NCBI RefSeq assembly: GCF_006345805.1 | Contig: NC_043019.1 | Coordinates: forward strand, 2,294,001 to 2,358,000 | Length of the DNA stretch: 64,000 nt | From: Octopus sinensis | Taxonomy: Eukaryota | Direction of reading: 5' to 3' | Shown: positions 1-11,947 of the stretch, piece after piece | Layout of the letters: each line of letters starts with the position of its first letter | Numbering within the stretch: the first letter of the stretch is position 1 | The notes under the pieces: model-generated | Databases searched by the model: none | The model's input: the letters and a program-made list of their open reading frames with translations, nothing else | Told to the model about the DNA's origin: nothing | Made by a program: the position numbers and the translations under genes

Positions 1-151
1 GATGATGAAGATGATAACAATAATAATAATAATGATAATAACAATAATAATAATAATGATAATAACAGTAATAATAATGATGATAATAATAATGATAATA
101 ATAGTAATGGTAATAATGATGATAATAATAATGCTAATAACAATGATAATG

Positions 152-227
<76 letters not shown>

Positions 228-243
228 TAATAATAAAAATAAA
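1..243. repeat. (AAT/GAT)n microsatellite
   Basis: Near-continuous ATA/ATG triplets; explains the poly-Ile ORF 2..295. Confidence 0.95.
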
Positions 244-485
244 AATGAAATTGTTGCATACAGTGTTCATATGCACTACAACTAAAAGAAGCTAAATAAA
301 TAAAAAGGCATCTGGTGTACTGTTAGCGAATTTCAGGAAGCATGGCGGTTTTGTGTGATGTAGTGTCTCGACAGCTAAAAGCTGAAGTGGGTAGTTTATT
401 CCATGCTTCAGCAATTCTGAACGTGTAAAAATGTTTCCAAATGTCATATTCGTGTATTTCACTTATAAATATATATATATATATA

Positions 486-879
486 CTAGCAGTATCGCCC
501 GGCGTTGCTCGGGTTTGTAAGGGAAATAACTATATAAGCATTTTTAGACATGTAAAGTATAATAGCCATCTCAATATGGCTAACCACAAAGGGGAGGTGT
601 TACTGTAGCTTTTTACGTTCTGAGATTTAATAATAAATTTTTAGAGAGTTACTTCCCTTATATATGCCAAAAATGCATTAAAAATGGGAAAAATTGATGG
701 TAATTTGTTTTTTAAATCGTAGACTCATTGTAGATGCGCGTTAATACCCAGAAGGGCTCGATATGAATCCCGACTATAAGATACCCGGTTTTGGTTAAAC
801 TGCACCGCAAAATGTGGGAGTAGTTAGGAATCTAAATCGTAGGAGACAGACAACACAACCTCTCTTTTATATATAAAGA
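486..879 (-). mobile_element. Non-autonomous Helitron, copy 1 (~394 bp)
   Basis: On the minus strand it starts A|TCTTTATATATAAAAG and ends with the GC hairpin CCCGAGCAACGCCGGG followed by CTAG|T. It is inserted between A and T with no TSD and is homologous to 55251-55643. Confidence 0.88.
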
Positions 880-894
880 TATATATATATATAA

Positions 895-1020
895 ATCAAA
901 ATAAGCAACAAGGATATCCAGAGGTAATGCAGTATGATCGTTTCAAGCAACTCCATTTCATTTAACAGTGCAATCATTACATCAATTTAAATGCAGAGCA
1001 ATCCTCAGTTGCATAAAGAC
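895..1020 (-). mobile_element. Penelope pLTR-like terminal fragment with a degenerate hammerhead-like motif
   Basis: 895-920 is identical over 26 nt to 36277-36302. The minus strand reads ATGCAA-CTGAGGA...GAAAC-GATC-ATA-CTGCAT. Confidence 0.4.
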
Positions 1021-1377
1021 ATAGAATTTAATTAAATTAAAACAGATGGACACATGAGTATAATTTTACCTAAAATGTCCAAGAAGGTAAGGAGATAGAC
1101 AAAGGAACTGCTGTCTTCAATTCAGCTTAGAAGCTACTAAGGTATCAGGAAGAAAGACTTGTTACAGATTTTTCTTGTCACTGTTTTATGGGGTCAGATT
1201 TAATTTATAGACTAGTTTATCAAATCTTTGAATATCTAAGGCCAAAAGAGCAAGGAGCAGTGCATGTTAGGAAGGGAGCTGAGGGTGTCGACAGAAATCA
1301 TAGAAGTATCGTCATAAAAGCTTCGAAATGGAAAGTAATTCCAGCCAAAGAAATTTTTGCTTTTGTTTCTTTTTTTT

Positions 1378-1770
1378 TCACTTGTTTCAGTCATATGACT
1401 GCGGCCATTCTAGAGCATTGCTTTTAGTCAATAAAATCGCCCCCAGAACTTATTCATTGTAAGCCTAGTATTTATTCTACCGGTGTATTTTGCCGAACCG
1501 CTAAGTTACGGGGATGTAAACAGACCAACATCGGTTGTCAAGCGATAGTGGTGGGATAAACACCGAATACAAACGCACACATACATACATATATATATAT
1601 ATAAATATATATATATTTGACGGGATTCTTGCAGTTTCCATCTAAAAAATCTACTCACGAGGCTTTGATCGGCCCTAGTCTATAGTAGAAGACATTTGCC
1701 CAAGGTACCACGCATTGAGACTGAACCCGGAACCATGTAGTAAGGAAGCAAGCTTCTTACCACACATCCA
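1378..1770 (-). mobile_element. tRNA-derived SINE, family A (degenerate)
   Basis: Matches the family A head, core and 3' CAGTC-loop-GACTG tail seen at 53923-54320. Confidence 0.85.
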
Positions 1771-2024
1771 TTTTTTTTTTTTATTCAACCACATGATGGT
1801 AACCTTCTGAAATTAGCTGAAACAAACCTTTTGATCCTACAGATCAAAAGTGAGAAATTAACTGACATATATGTAGGTCATCGCTTTTAAGTTCTTAAGA
1901 TCAATTTACTGTAATTAATTCGTGTGTCATTGCCATCTTTATTTCATTCGTTTACTGATATTCCTACTGCTCCACGACCGCCCCTATAATTGTTGATTTT
2001 ACTAATATTATTTATATCTTTATA

Positions 2025-2055
<31 letters not shown>

Positions 2056-2190
2056 TATTATTATTATTATTATTATTATATTATTATTATTATTATATTA
2101 TTATTATTATTATTATTTATTATTATTATTAATATTATTATTATTATATTATTATTATTATTATTATTATTATTATCATCATCATCATCA

Positions 2191-2229
<39 letters not shown>

Positions 2230-2280
2230 TATTATTATTATTATTATTATTATCATTATTATTATTATTATTACTATTAA
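2025..2280. repeat. (TTA)n/(TCA)n microsatellite
   Basis: Direct reading of the sequence. Confidence 0.95.
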
Positions 2281-2711
2281 TATAAGAAGGTGTTTCTCAA
2301 TTACTGTCCATATAATGTAATTTAATTTTACGGATACCCAATTAATTGGTTAGCGTATTTTTGCTCTATAATATTATCAGCTGTATTAAATTAGTTATCA
2401 GCTATATTAAATTAATTATCAGCCATATTAAATTAACCCTTAGCTTACATTACTAACTAATCCTATACTCTAATTTTATTTAATATTAATTATTATGCAA
2501 TTATTTGTACGTATTATACATATGCTTAGCATGACGAACACAAGTCATTACTCTTTCATGCCTGTGGTTAATTAATTGAAGTTTAGACGTAGATTTCTTC
2601 CACACACCATTCACACCGTTTACTCTCTCTACAGTATGGTTTTACCCGGCTAATTATTTCCCAGGTGAGTGTATACTCCTTAATTTTTATCTTTAATAGA
2701 CCAAATTAGAC

Positions 2712-3135
2712 CAAGCTCTACATGGATGTAGTAAGAATGAAAAAGAGATAGATTCCTTAACACAGACTGTGAGACTCTTCAGCAAAGATATAGGCATGGA
2801 ATTTGGCATTAATAAATGTGCAATCTTAGTCTTGAGAAGGGGACAGGTAGTCAACAGCGAAGGCATCCGATTACCAGATGGCCAGACATTAAAATCATTG
2901 AAAGGAAGAGAGAGTTATAAGTATCTAGGAGTATTAGAGTCTGACAGGGTACTAACTACAGAAATGAAAGCAGAAATTGAGGAGTACATCAGAAGCTAAT
3001 GAAGTCAAAGCTAAATGGTCTGAATCTAGTGAAGGCTGTAAATACTTGGACAGTATCATTACTTAGATACTCAGCAGCTTTTGTAGATTGGACAAAAACT
3101 GAATTAGCAAAGTTAGACAGAAGAACTACGAAGGA
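2712..3135 (+). pseudogene. R4/Dong-like non-LTR retrotransposon RT fragment
   Basis: LYMD remnant, then FSKDIGMEFGINKCA...YKYLGVLE...KSKLNGLNLVKAVNTWTVSLLRYSAAFVDWT, which is typical of RLE-clade RT/thumb. Frameshifted. Confidence 0.8.
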
Positions 3136-3314
3136 CTTTGACAGTTTTCATGTGTTTCTTCTGTAGCGCCTGAAAAATTGCATCAAACCTAGAACTCCCA
3201 GTCGCAACGGAATATCTCATCAGCTCCGTGCAGATAAATATTCTATTTGGCATGTTCTAAACATTCTTTGCCCAATTAGTTAAATAAACGTCTATGCGTT
3301 TATCTATGTCGCTT

Positions 3315-3402
3315 AAATGTAGACCTAACGGCGTGAAACTCAAAGTAGGTTTGAGTTACTGATCACTTTCGAATGAAGAAACGTTTATGTATGTCTGCAT
3401 GA

Positions 3403-3433
<31 letters not shown>

Positions 3434-3542
3434 TGTATGTATGTATGTATGTGCGTACATACATACATAAACATGTTTCTTCATTGGGAGTTGATCAGTA
3501 ACTCAAACCTAGTTAGAGTTTCACGCCGTTAGGTCTACATTT
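3315..3542. repeat. Inverted repeat (~80-bp arms) around an (ATGT)n microsatellite
   Basis: 3315-3394 is the reverse complement of 3461-3542 with a few mismatches. Confidence 0.85.
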
Positions 3543-3546
3543 TAGG

Positions 3547-3633
<87 letters not shown>

Positions 3634-4296
3634 GTGTGTGTTTATATAAACTCATTGTTTACATGTACACATTTAAATGTGTCTGTGTGTGTGTGTATTG
3701 TTTTTGCAATTCTGCATTTAAGTTGTTGGGAGTCTTACACAAGAACCTTATAAACGTTAGAGTCCTGGGAAAATAGTCGTTTCACTAAAGAGAAGCGAAC
3801 AGCAAACAGAAGAAAGCTATTCAGCATTAGCTCTCAAAATGAAGAGGTTTTATGCTGATATTTGCTACAAAGTAAATTCCTATCGTCACAAGACAATTTT
3901 TACGGCTAGAAATATAATATTCTTTGTTTATAAAACTACTTTTAACAATAATGGCATTAACAAAAACAATAACGTGTGAAACATAGATTGTTAAATATAT
4001 TTAACCAAACCAGAAAACAAGTTTTAAAGAAACAGTAATATTAGAATTGTTTACTAGATCATATTTTAGTGACATTGCACGAATGAAATAAACGCAGCAT
4101 TACTTCGCTTCAGTTTTGAACTTACAAACGTAAGACATATCGTTTAACCTCAGATCAGCCTAGATCGAGTAGACCTAAGCTGTGACTATGACCATCGAAT
4201 CGTTTTACATATCAGGAACTACTTTGTGTTATGTACCATTATTCAAGACAAAGGAGTGAGATTTAAAAGACGTTTTGTTTATTATTCCTACGAGAT

Positions 4297-4850
4297 TAAA
4301 GGCAGCGAGCTGACTGAATCTTTAGCACGCATGGTAAAATACTTAGCGGTATTTCGTCAGCCGTTACGTACTGAGTTCAAATTCTGCCGAGGTCGACTTT
4401 CCTTTTCATCCTTTCGGGGTCGATAAATTAAGTACCAGTCACGCCCTGGGATCGATATAATCGACTTAATCCATTTGTCTGTCCTTGTTTGTCTCCTCTG
4501 TATTTAGCCCCATGTGGGTAGTAAAGAAATATGTATTTCGCCTGCCGCTACGTTCTGAGTTCAAATTCCGCCGAGGTCGACTTTGCCATTCATCCCTTCG
4601 GGGTCGATAAATTAAGTACCAGTTACGCACTGGGGTCGATGTTATCGACTTAATCCGTTTGTCTGTCCTTGTTCGTCCTCTCTGTGTTTAGCCCCTTGTG
4701 GGTAGCAAAGAAATAGGTATTTCGTCTGCTGTTACGTTCTGAGTTCAAATTCCACCGAGGTCGATGTTGGCTTTCATCCCTTTGGAGTCGATAAAATAAA
4801 TACACCCCCCCCCTTGCACTTGCTGGCCTTGTGTCAAAATTTGAAATCAT
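4297..4850 (+). mobile_element. SINE family B (Nin/Deu-domain-like), head-to-tail trimer
   Basis: Has a tRNA-like head (B-box GAGTTCAAATTC) and the core GCCTTTCATCCTTTCGGGGTCGATAAATTAAGTACC. Units restart at 4349, 4533 and 4717. Confidence 0.85.
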
Positions 4851-5039
4851 TATTCCTAAGAAGTTGAAAATATTAGCCTTCCAGTTTTATTCATTTCGCT
4901 GTTGTTGTTAGCTCCAGATCAACACCCATAAAATTCGCACACTATTATCAAACACCACTCCAGCCTTAAACAAACCGTATTTTCTCTTCGAACTGTGTAG
5001 CTACTGAATAACAATATCGAATGCGTCCTTTTATAACAT

Positions 5040-5215
5040 ATCTGGGCATTTCATCCGTCTTTACGTCTTAAGTTCAAATTTCACCGAGGTGGACTTTGCC
5101 TTTCGTTCTTCCATGATCGATAGAATAAGTAGAAGTCGTGCATTGAGGTCGATGTGATAAACTTATCCCCTTCCCTCAAATTGCTAGCCTTGTGCCAAAA
5201 TTTGAAACTAATATT
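5040..5215 (+). mobile_element. SINE family B, degenerate copy
   Basis: Contains GTTCAAATTTCACCGAGGTGGACTTTGCCTTTCG and the rest of the core. Confidence 0.7.
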
Positions 5216-5301
5216 ATTATATTCCTTTTTGTTTGTTTTATGCGTTTTAGCCATGCGACTGCAGTCATGCTAGAGCACCATCTTTAGAAACATTAAGTTA
5301 T

Positions 5302-5375
5302 TGGCCAGTATTGGCCTCGAACCCAAGACATTCATGCTATTAACACGACGCTCTAATCAATTCAGCTAATCAGCC
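5302..5375 (-). pseudogene. tRNA-Ile(AAT)-like pseudogene
   Basis: The minus strand reads GGCTGATTAGCTGAATTGATTAGAGCGTCGTGTTAATAGCATGAATGTCTTGGGTTCGAGGCCAATACTGGCCA (74 nt). It has A/B boxes and anticodon AAT (5339-5341), with stem mismatches. Confidence 0.65.
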
Positions 5376-5484
5376 AAAAATTACAAAGACCTACGTCGGC
5401 CGGGTTTCGAACTCGTATTGATTGCTTAGCAGGCGACCAAACGAACCGTCGTTATTTATCAAATCATAGACAAAAAATGAAGGG

Positions 5485-5902
5485 GGTCTTTTAGGTTTGA
5501 ACGGCAGTTTTCTAGCGGTGTCATATGAAATTGTCACCCATAATTATGACCCTAGTATCGATCTATTGCATTTCAATATCTTTTAGGGTTTGGGTTAGGG
5601 TTAGGGGTGGGGGAAGGGTATCTTTTTCTCTTCACAAATGTAAATAAACCCAATCTGTTTCTTAAACAAGGGACATATTCATTCGGCACAGAATGCTTTT
5701 TAACTCAATAGACGTGGCTGATTGGTTGAAATTGCAGAAATTGAAGAAAAAAAACAACAAATATCTTACAAACAGTAGAATTTTCTCAATAAAGCCAAGA
5801 GAAAAATATGTTTTATAAACACATTCTACCAGTATACGAAGTTTAAAAGTGTTTAGTTACGTGGAAATTATGTTAAAAACTGCCGTTCAAAACGAAAAGA
5901 TC
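5485..5902 (+). mobile_element. MITE with ~27-bp TIRs (GATCTTTTCGGTTTGAACGGCAGTTTT), copy 1
   Basis: TIRs at both ends and an internal GGGTTAGGGTTAGG tract. A second copy lies inverted at 7420-7830. Confidence 0.8.
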
Positions 5903-7419
5903 GCTTGCTATTAACACGACGCTCTAATCAATTCAGCTAATCAGCCAAAAATTACAAAGACCTGCATCGACCGGGTTTCGAACTCGTATTGACTGCTTAA
6001 CAGGCGACTAAGCGAACCGTCGTTATTTATCAAATCATAGACAAAAAACGAGGGATTTTAAAATCAGGGACTGTTGTTTATGATATCAGTGTAATTTTTG
6101 GAAGATTAAAAGTTATATTAGCACAATTTGCAGTCTATTTTTATCGTAAGGCACTATGGAAAATGTTTACTCTGTGACTTTCGAATGTAACGATAAACTT
6201 GATAAAGAGAAGAGGACCTTAAGAAGAAATTAATCAAATAAAAGACTAAATACTCCTAAAATAATTGTTTCTTTGATACAGTTGTAAAGGGTTTAGGTAT
6301 ATTCTTACTACGTAGCAGTTTCATTGATAGCTTTGCAGATTCCAATGTCAAGAAGTGAAATTCTTTATGAATTCGCTTTTCGTCCCAGCTGCTATATTGA
6401 AACGACATTTCATTTTAGTTAAGGAATCAAAGGCTCGTTGTCTTTAGACACGTTGTAAAATTCATTTCTTATTATCAAAATGGTGTGTATGTCACTGAGA
6501 TCTTTCTACAAATAGCAACTAAATCACCTTTAAACCGCACCCAAACTTCTTATGAAATGACACGTTCTTTTACCAGTTAGATCACCTTTAGGCTACACCC
6601 TACAATTTTGTAAGCGAATATGTCCTTTACAGCGTAGTTTCTGAGTATGTATGTGTGTGTGTGTGTGTGCGTGTGCGTATGTACACATACATACGCATAT
6701 ACATACATATATAGATATAAATATATATTTATGTCAGCATTGTTCCTTATATTTGCTGTGTTGCAAGGACATTAAGCGGGGGAATAAAATGCACAGGGAA
6801 CCGAATATGCTTTGTAGAAATAGTTTAGTCCCATCTAATTTTTAAGTGTCTCTAATTTTCGGGGTTTACTCAGTTGGAAGCATTCATCGCAAATGACTGT
6901 GGCATTTGGGTAGGAAACCTAACCGATCACTTGGTTCCACGTCGCTAGTACCTGGGTATCTTTACGAGAGTTAAAATTATAAATGTTTTGACTAGCCCCT
7001 CTAAATTCTGTCCTTGATTATGTTTTAATGAAGACATGGTCAGTAGATATCAATCAGATAAATCATATCAATCAGTCAAGGCACTAGTTCTAAAATAAAT
7101 ATTGTCTACCATTTACAAAACGAAAAAATATTTAGGCTCCAGTGACTTTTCGTACGAAAATATTCTTCTCACAATTATCTACTCTAAATGTTTCATAAAT
7201 GCATGCAATTCTATTGTAATTCATTAATCTGTAGATCTTCATAACATCGTTTCGATTTTGTCTTCGATGTCATTCCATAGTTTCGGCTTAGGTAAACGTA
7301 ACTCTTGAGCACAAATTTTTCTTACAATTACTTGCTGTGAAAGATAAAGGAATATATCAGACATTCTTATTTGATTAATGGTTAATTCTGAGTTTGAAGG
7401 AATTACAGCACATATGTCA

Positions 7420-7830
7420 GATCGTTTCGGTTTGAACGGCAGTTTTTAACATAATTTCTAGGTAACTAAAAAATGTTTAACTTCGTATACTGGTAGAATG
7501 TGTTTATAAAACATCTTTTTCTCTTGGCTTTATTGAGAAAATTCTATAGCTTGTAAGATATTTGTTGTTTTTTTTTTCTTCAATTTCTGCAATTTCAAAC
7601 AATCACTGACATGTATTGAGGTGAAAAACATTCTGTGCCGTATGAATATGTCTCTTGTTTAAGAAACATATTGGGTTTATTAACATTTCTGAAGAAAATA
7701 AGCTACCCTTCCCCCTAACCCTAACCCTAAAACAGATTGAAATGCAATAGATCGATACTGGGGTCATAATTATAGGTAATAATTTCATATGACACCGCTA
7801 GAAAAAACTGCCATTCAAACCGAAAAAATC
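7420..7830 (-). mobile_element. MITE, copy 2 of the 5485-5902 family
   Basis: Same TIRs; the internal sequence is the reverse complement of copy 1. Confidence 0.8.
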
Positions 7831-8728
7831 CCTGATTTCTCTTAATATACGTTATAGTATGATTATTCTTGATTACTAATCATTGCTTTTCTGTTGCTTT
7901 ATTTGGGACCATAAATAAACATATGCTTCATACAGTCTCCACAAGGGTTTCTTAGACATATGACAACTAATACATATTTACAAACTCCACGATGATTTGT
8001 CGAACGTAGGATCCATCACATACCAGTACCAATCTCTTCTTGCTAATTCAACTTTCATTCTATTATTAAGCCAGTATTTCATGTGACAGATTTCTTTGAT
8101 ATCAGATCTACTTCAGAATATTTCTACTTGGTTTCCGCAATTCAAATGTATTAAAACCGCAACACATATATCATAATTAAATAAGTTTTATTTAATATCA
8201 CATATTTTTGTATTGCAATATTAAAATCTCGTTTATATTTTCTCTCAGTTGGTCCAAATAAGATATTATATCAGCCTTATCACATTTAAAATATTTCAAA
8301 AGAAAATACATATTTTTTACTCCACCAAAATATAAAAGAGCAAGAGTAAAAGGGGAAATATAATAGAGAGAGACAGAATTATTTAATAATTCATGTCACT
8401 TCTGTTTACATGAAGCTTTTTAACCATTAAACTTCTGAACTTCATTTTATCTTTTGACTTGCAGGCAATAATTCCTCTTACATTTTTTGATATCTTCTTT
8501 TCTTGTAATTCCATTGTCATTTACAATGCTTTATAGAAATATTAAATCGACTCCAGTACGTGACTGATAAACAACGTGATTTAAATTCAGAACGTAAAGG
8601 GCAGTATCTAAATCAGTGGCTCTCCATCGCGGCTTCCAGCGCCGCATGCAGCCTTCAAGAATCCATCTGGCGGCTTCCGACGATCTTCCCTCTATAAATA
8701 TTATAAATCCTTCTTTGAATGACGTGTT

Positions 8729-8763
<35 letters not shown>

Positions 8764-8772
8764 TTATTATTA

Positions 8773-8816
<44 letters not shown>

Positions 8817-8818
<2 letters not shown>

Positions 8819-9191
8819 TAGTTTTATTTTTATAGTGTGCTTTCACTTCACTACCGAGCGCAGCTCTGTGTGCCTTGGGTATGTGCTGTGATTTGTTGTG
8901 ATGCTCTGATGGTTATTGTATGGAAAGTGTTCTGCGTAGGATGTGTGCAGTGCCTAGTAGTGCAATTTTCTGTATGTTATATGTGTTTGTAAGTCCTGGT
9001 GTTTTTGTTATGTATTTGTCTGAATATTTTTTTATCATGCCTAATGCACCTACTATGATAGGAATTGTTTCTGTTTTCAGATTCCACATTCTAGTTACCT
9101 CTATTTCCAGGTCTTTGTATTTTGAGAGTTTCTCCATTTCTTTTAGAGACACGTTGTCATCAGCCGGTATTGATACATCAATTAGAAAGCA

Positions 9192-9192
<1 letters not shown>
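8817..9192 (-). mobile_element. 5'-truncated R4/Dong-like LINE: restriction-like endonuclease C-terminus plus 3'UTR
   Basis: LIDVSIPADDNVSLKEMEKLSKYKDLEIEVTRMWNLKTETIPIIVGALG...TAHILRRTL*. Flanked on both sides by (TAA)n (8760-8816 and 9197-9378). Confidence 0.88.
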
Positions 9193-9261
<69 letters not shown>

Positions 9262-9269
9262 CATTATCA

Positions 9270-9323
<54 letters not shown>

Positions 9324-9856
9324 CATTATTATTATTATTATTATAATTATTATCATTATTATTATTATTATTATTATTCGGTGGGGTGCAGCCTCCTAAA
9401 AATATCCAGGTTTTGAATCCGGCCCGGGTATTAATAAAGGTTGAAAGCCACAGGTCTAGACATTGCAAACATTTTGTTTGACGCTCTACAGACTCTTGCA
9501 AATCCATGTGATTTGCTTTTTTCCAGATTTTACGAATATTTTAGTATCAATAAATGATGTTGTCTGCTCCTAGTTTCACTATCAAGTTTCGATCTACATT
9601 TGGGTCACTCCCCAATAAGTAAACCCCAAATCACACTCGGAATGATATGAACATCAAAATAACTATCCCCTTTCGTTTGCAAACTTCATATTTTGACCCC
9701 CAATAAAGGCGTAAGCATAGGGGTTTGCTTCTCCAAATAGTTGTACTTCGTTCGATTCCGCTGGGGACAAATATCTTCTTCAATATACACTTGGGTTGAC
9801 TAATATATTGTGAGGGGAATTTGGGAAACAGAAACTACAAGACTGTCATATACACA

Positions 9857-9912
<56 letters not shown>

Positions 9913-9934
9913 TAAAATATAAAAATATAAAAAT

Positions 9935-11866
9935 ATAAAATCAAACCCTAAAGCTTTCTTTAAGTTTGCCAAAGAGACAGCCACAGTGCACCAGAGAATA
10001 GGACTTCTCTTCCAAAAAGATGGCTCTCTCACAGGAAATCCCACGAGGATAAGTGAAATACTGAACGAACAATTCCAAAGTGTGTTCACTACACCTCTAG
10101 GACACAGGCAAGTAAACAACCCAGAATAATTCTTTGCCACTTTACCTGCGGCCAAAGAGGCAAAAATTGAGTACATCAACATTGAAGATGATGATATCAC
10201 ACTAGCCATAGATGAGATTGACACAAACTCAGCTGCTGGACCTGATGGATTTCCAGCGATCCTTCTCAAATCGTGCAAACGAGCCCTTGCAAAACCGCTA
10301 CAGCTTCTTTTTCAGAGCTTTCTTGCTAGTGGTAAGCTCCCAGTCAAATTGAAAGAGGGGTAATATGCCCTATCCATAAGGGAGATAGCAGAGCAGATGC
10401 TAAACATTATAGGCCTATCTCTCTGACCTCACACATCAGCAAAGTCATGGAACGAATAGTCCACAAGAAACTAATCATGTTCCTTGAAGAAAATGACTTG
10501 CTGTCTGACACCCAGCATGGATTTCGACCAGGTAGAATATGCCTAACACAGCTCCTGCAACACTATGACTGGGTGTTAAAACAGCTACTAAATGGCTCAA
10601 ATGTGGATGTAATATATCTCGACTTTGCAAAAGCCTTTGATAAAGTCGACCATGGTATGATCTGTCACAAACTGCGTGGTCTCGGCATAGGCGGAAAACT
10701 TGGAGAGTGGCTGCACAACTTCCTAAAAGACAGAAGACAGGCAGTTGTGAGCAATGGAGTCATCTCCAAGGAAACACAAATAACAAGCGGTGTTCCACAG
10801 GGCACTGTCTTGGGGCCACTGCTGTTCATAGTGGCCCTTTCAGACATGCCTTCAGTTGCTACGATGGCCACCCTTGCTAACTATGCAGATGACACAAAAG
10901 TCTCCCACACAATACAAAACCCTGAAAATATTGCGCATCTGCAACAGGAGTTGGATACAATATACAGGTGGGCTGAGGACAACAACATGCAGTTTAATGC
11001 AGGTAAGTTCCAGGCCCTGCGCTATTTGCACACAAAGGTAAACGACGTGCAGACTGGATTCACTGGCCCAGGAAGAATTGCAATCCCTGAGTCAAAATCA
11101 GTGCATGACCTGGGCATTGACATGAGCAATGATGCATCTTTCCAAGTGCATATTACTAATCTGGTGATAAAATGCAGACGGGTAGCTGGATGGATTCTCC
11201 GAACTTTCAGAACAAGAGAGAAGGACACACTGATGGTCCTCTGGAAAACACTCGTCCTCAGCCGCTTGGACTACTGCTCCCAACTATGGTCACCACACAA
11301 TATAAAACTAACAGCAGAATTCGAAGCAATTGAGAAGCTACACCAAGAAGATCGTCTCAATGCAAAATATCAGCTACTGGGAAAGACTGAAAGTATTAAA
11401 CCTCTTCTCCCTGGAGCGGAGGCGGGAGAGATATGCGGTGATATACATCTGGAAAATCCTGGAGGTTCTTGTCCCAAACTTTGGCATTCAAAGTTACCCC
11501 AACCGCAGAACGGGGCGCCACTGCATGGTGCTAAATATTCCAACATCACCATCAAAATACAGGTCCAGATACTGCAACAACTTGGGTTTTAGAGGACCAC
11601 AACTCTTTAACATCCTCCCTAAATGCCTGAGAGACTTACATGGTGTGGATGTGGGTTTCTTTAAAACAAACTGGATCTTTTCTTGTCGGGAGTCCCAGAT
11701 GAACCTACCTCACGACAGGAGACGCAGATGCGGGCAGCAGCATCGGACTCCCTTGTTGATCAAGTGCCACGTATCAGAGGTGGATTCACATATTAGTGTA
11801 GCTCATTCAGCGGTGGTGCCCCAGCATGGCCGCGGCCTTCGGGCTAAAACATTTTTAAGGATTTAA

Positions 11867-11869
<3 letters not shown>
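9935..11869 (+). mobile_element. 5'-truncated CR1/Jockey-type LINE (RT domain plus 3'UTR), frameshifted
   Basis: Contains AAGPDGF, YRPISLTSHISKVMERIV, QHGFRPGR, YLDFAKAFDKVDH, SGVPQGTVLGP and YADD. It ends in a stem-loop and an AAGGATTT-AAGGA tail, and is flanked by (TA)n. Confidence 0.92.

Positions 11870-11940
<71 letters not shown>

Positions 11941-11947
<7 letters not shown>

Noticed and set aside
3355-3390. CTGATCA...GAAAC motif in the fold-back arms
   Set aside because: The essential G8 is absent in both arms and stem II is unconvincing.
5586-5612. TTAGGG telomere-like repeats
   Set aside because: Only 2-3 units, and they are an internal part of the MITE (mirrored at ~7715-7730), not a telomere relic.
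9158-9165. CTGATGA matches here and at other TE-coding positions (e.g. ~22263, ~63492)
   Set aside because: They lie within transposon coding sequence and lack hammerhead stems.
10447-11592. 381-aa RT ORF as a bacterial retron, group II intron or defence RT
   Set aside because: The motifs, flanking frameshifted LINE sequence and 3' tail identify a eukaryotic CR1/Jockey-type LINE.
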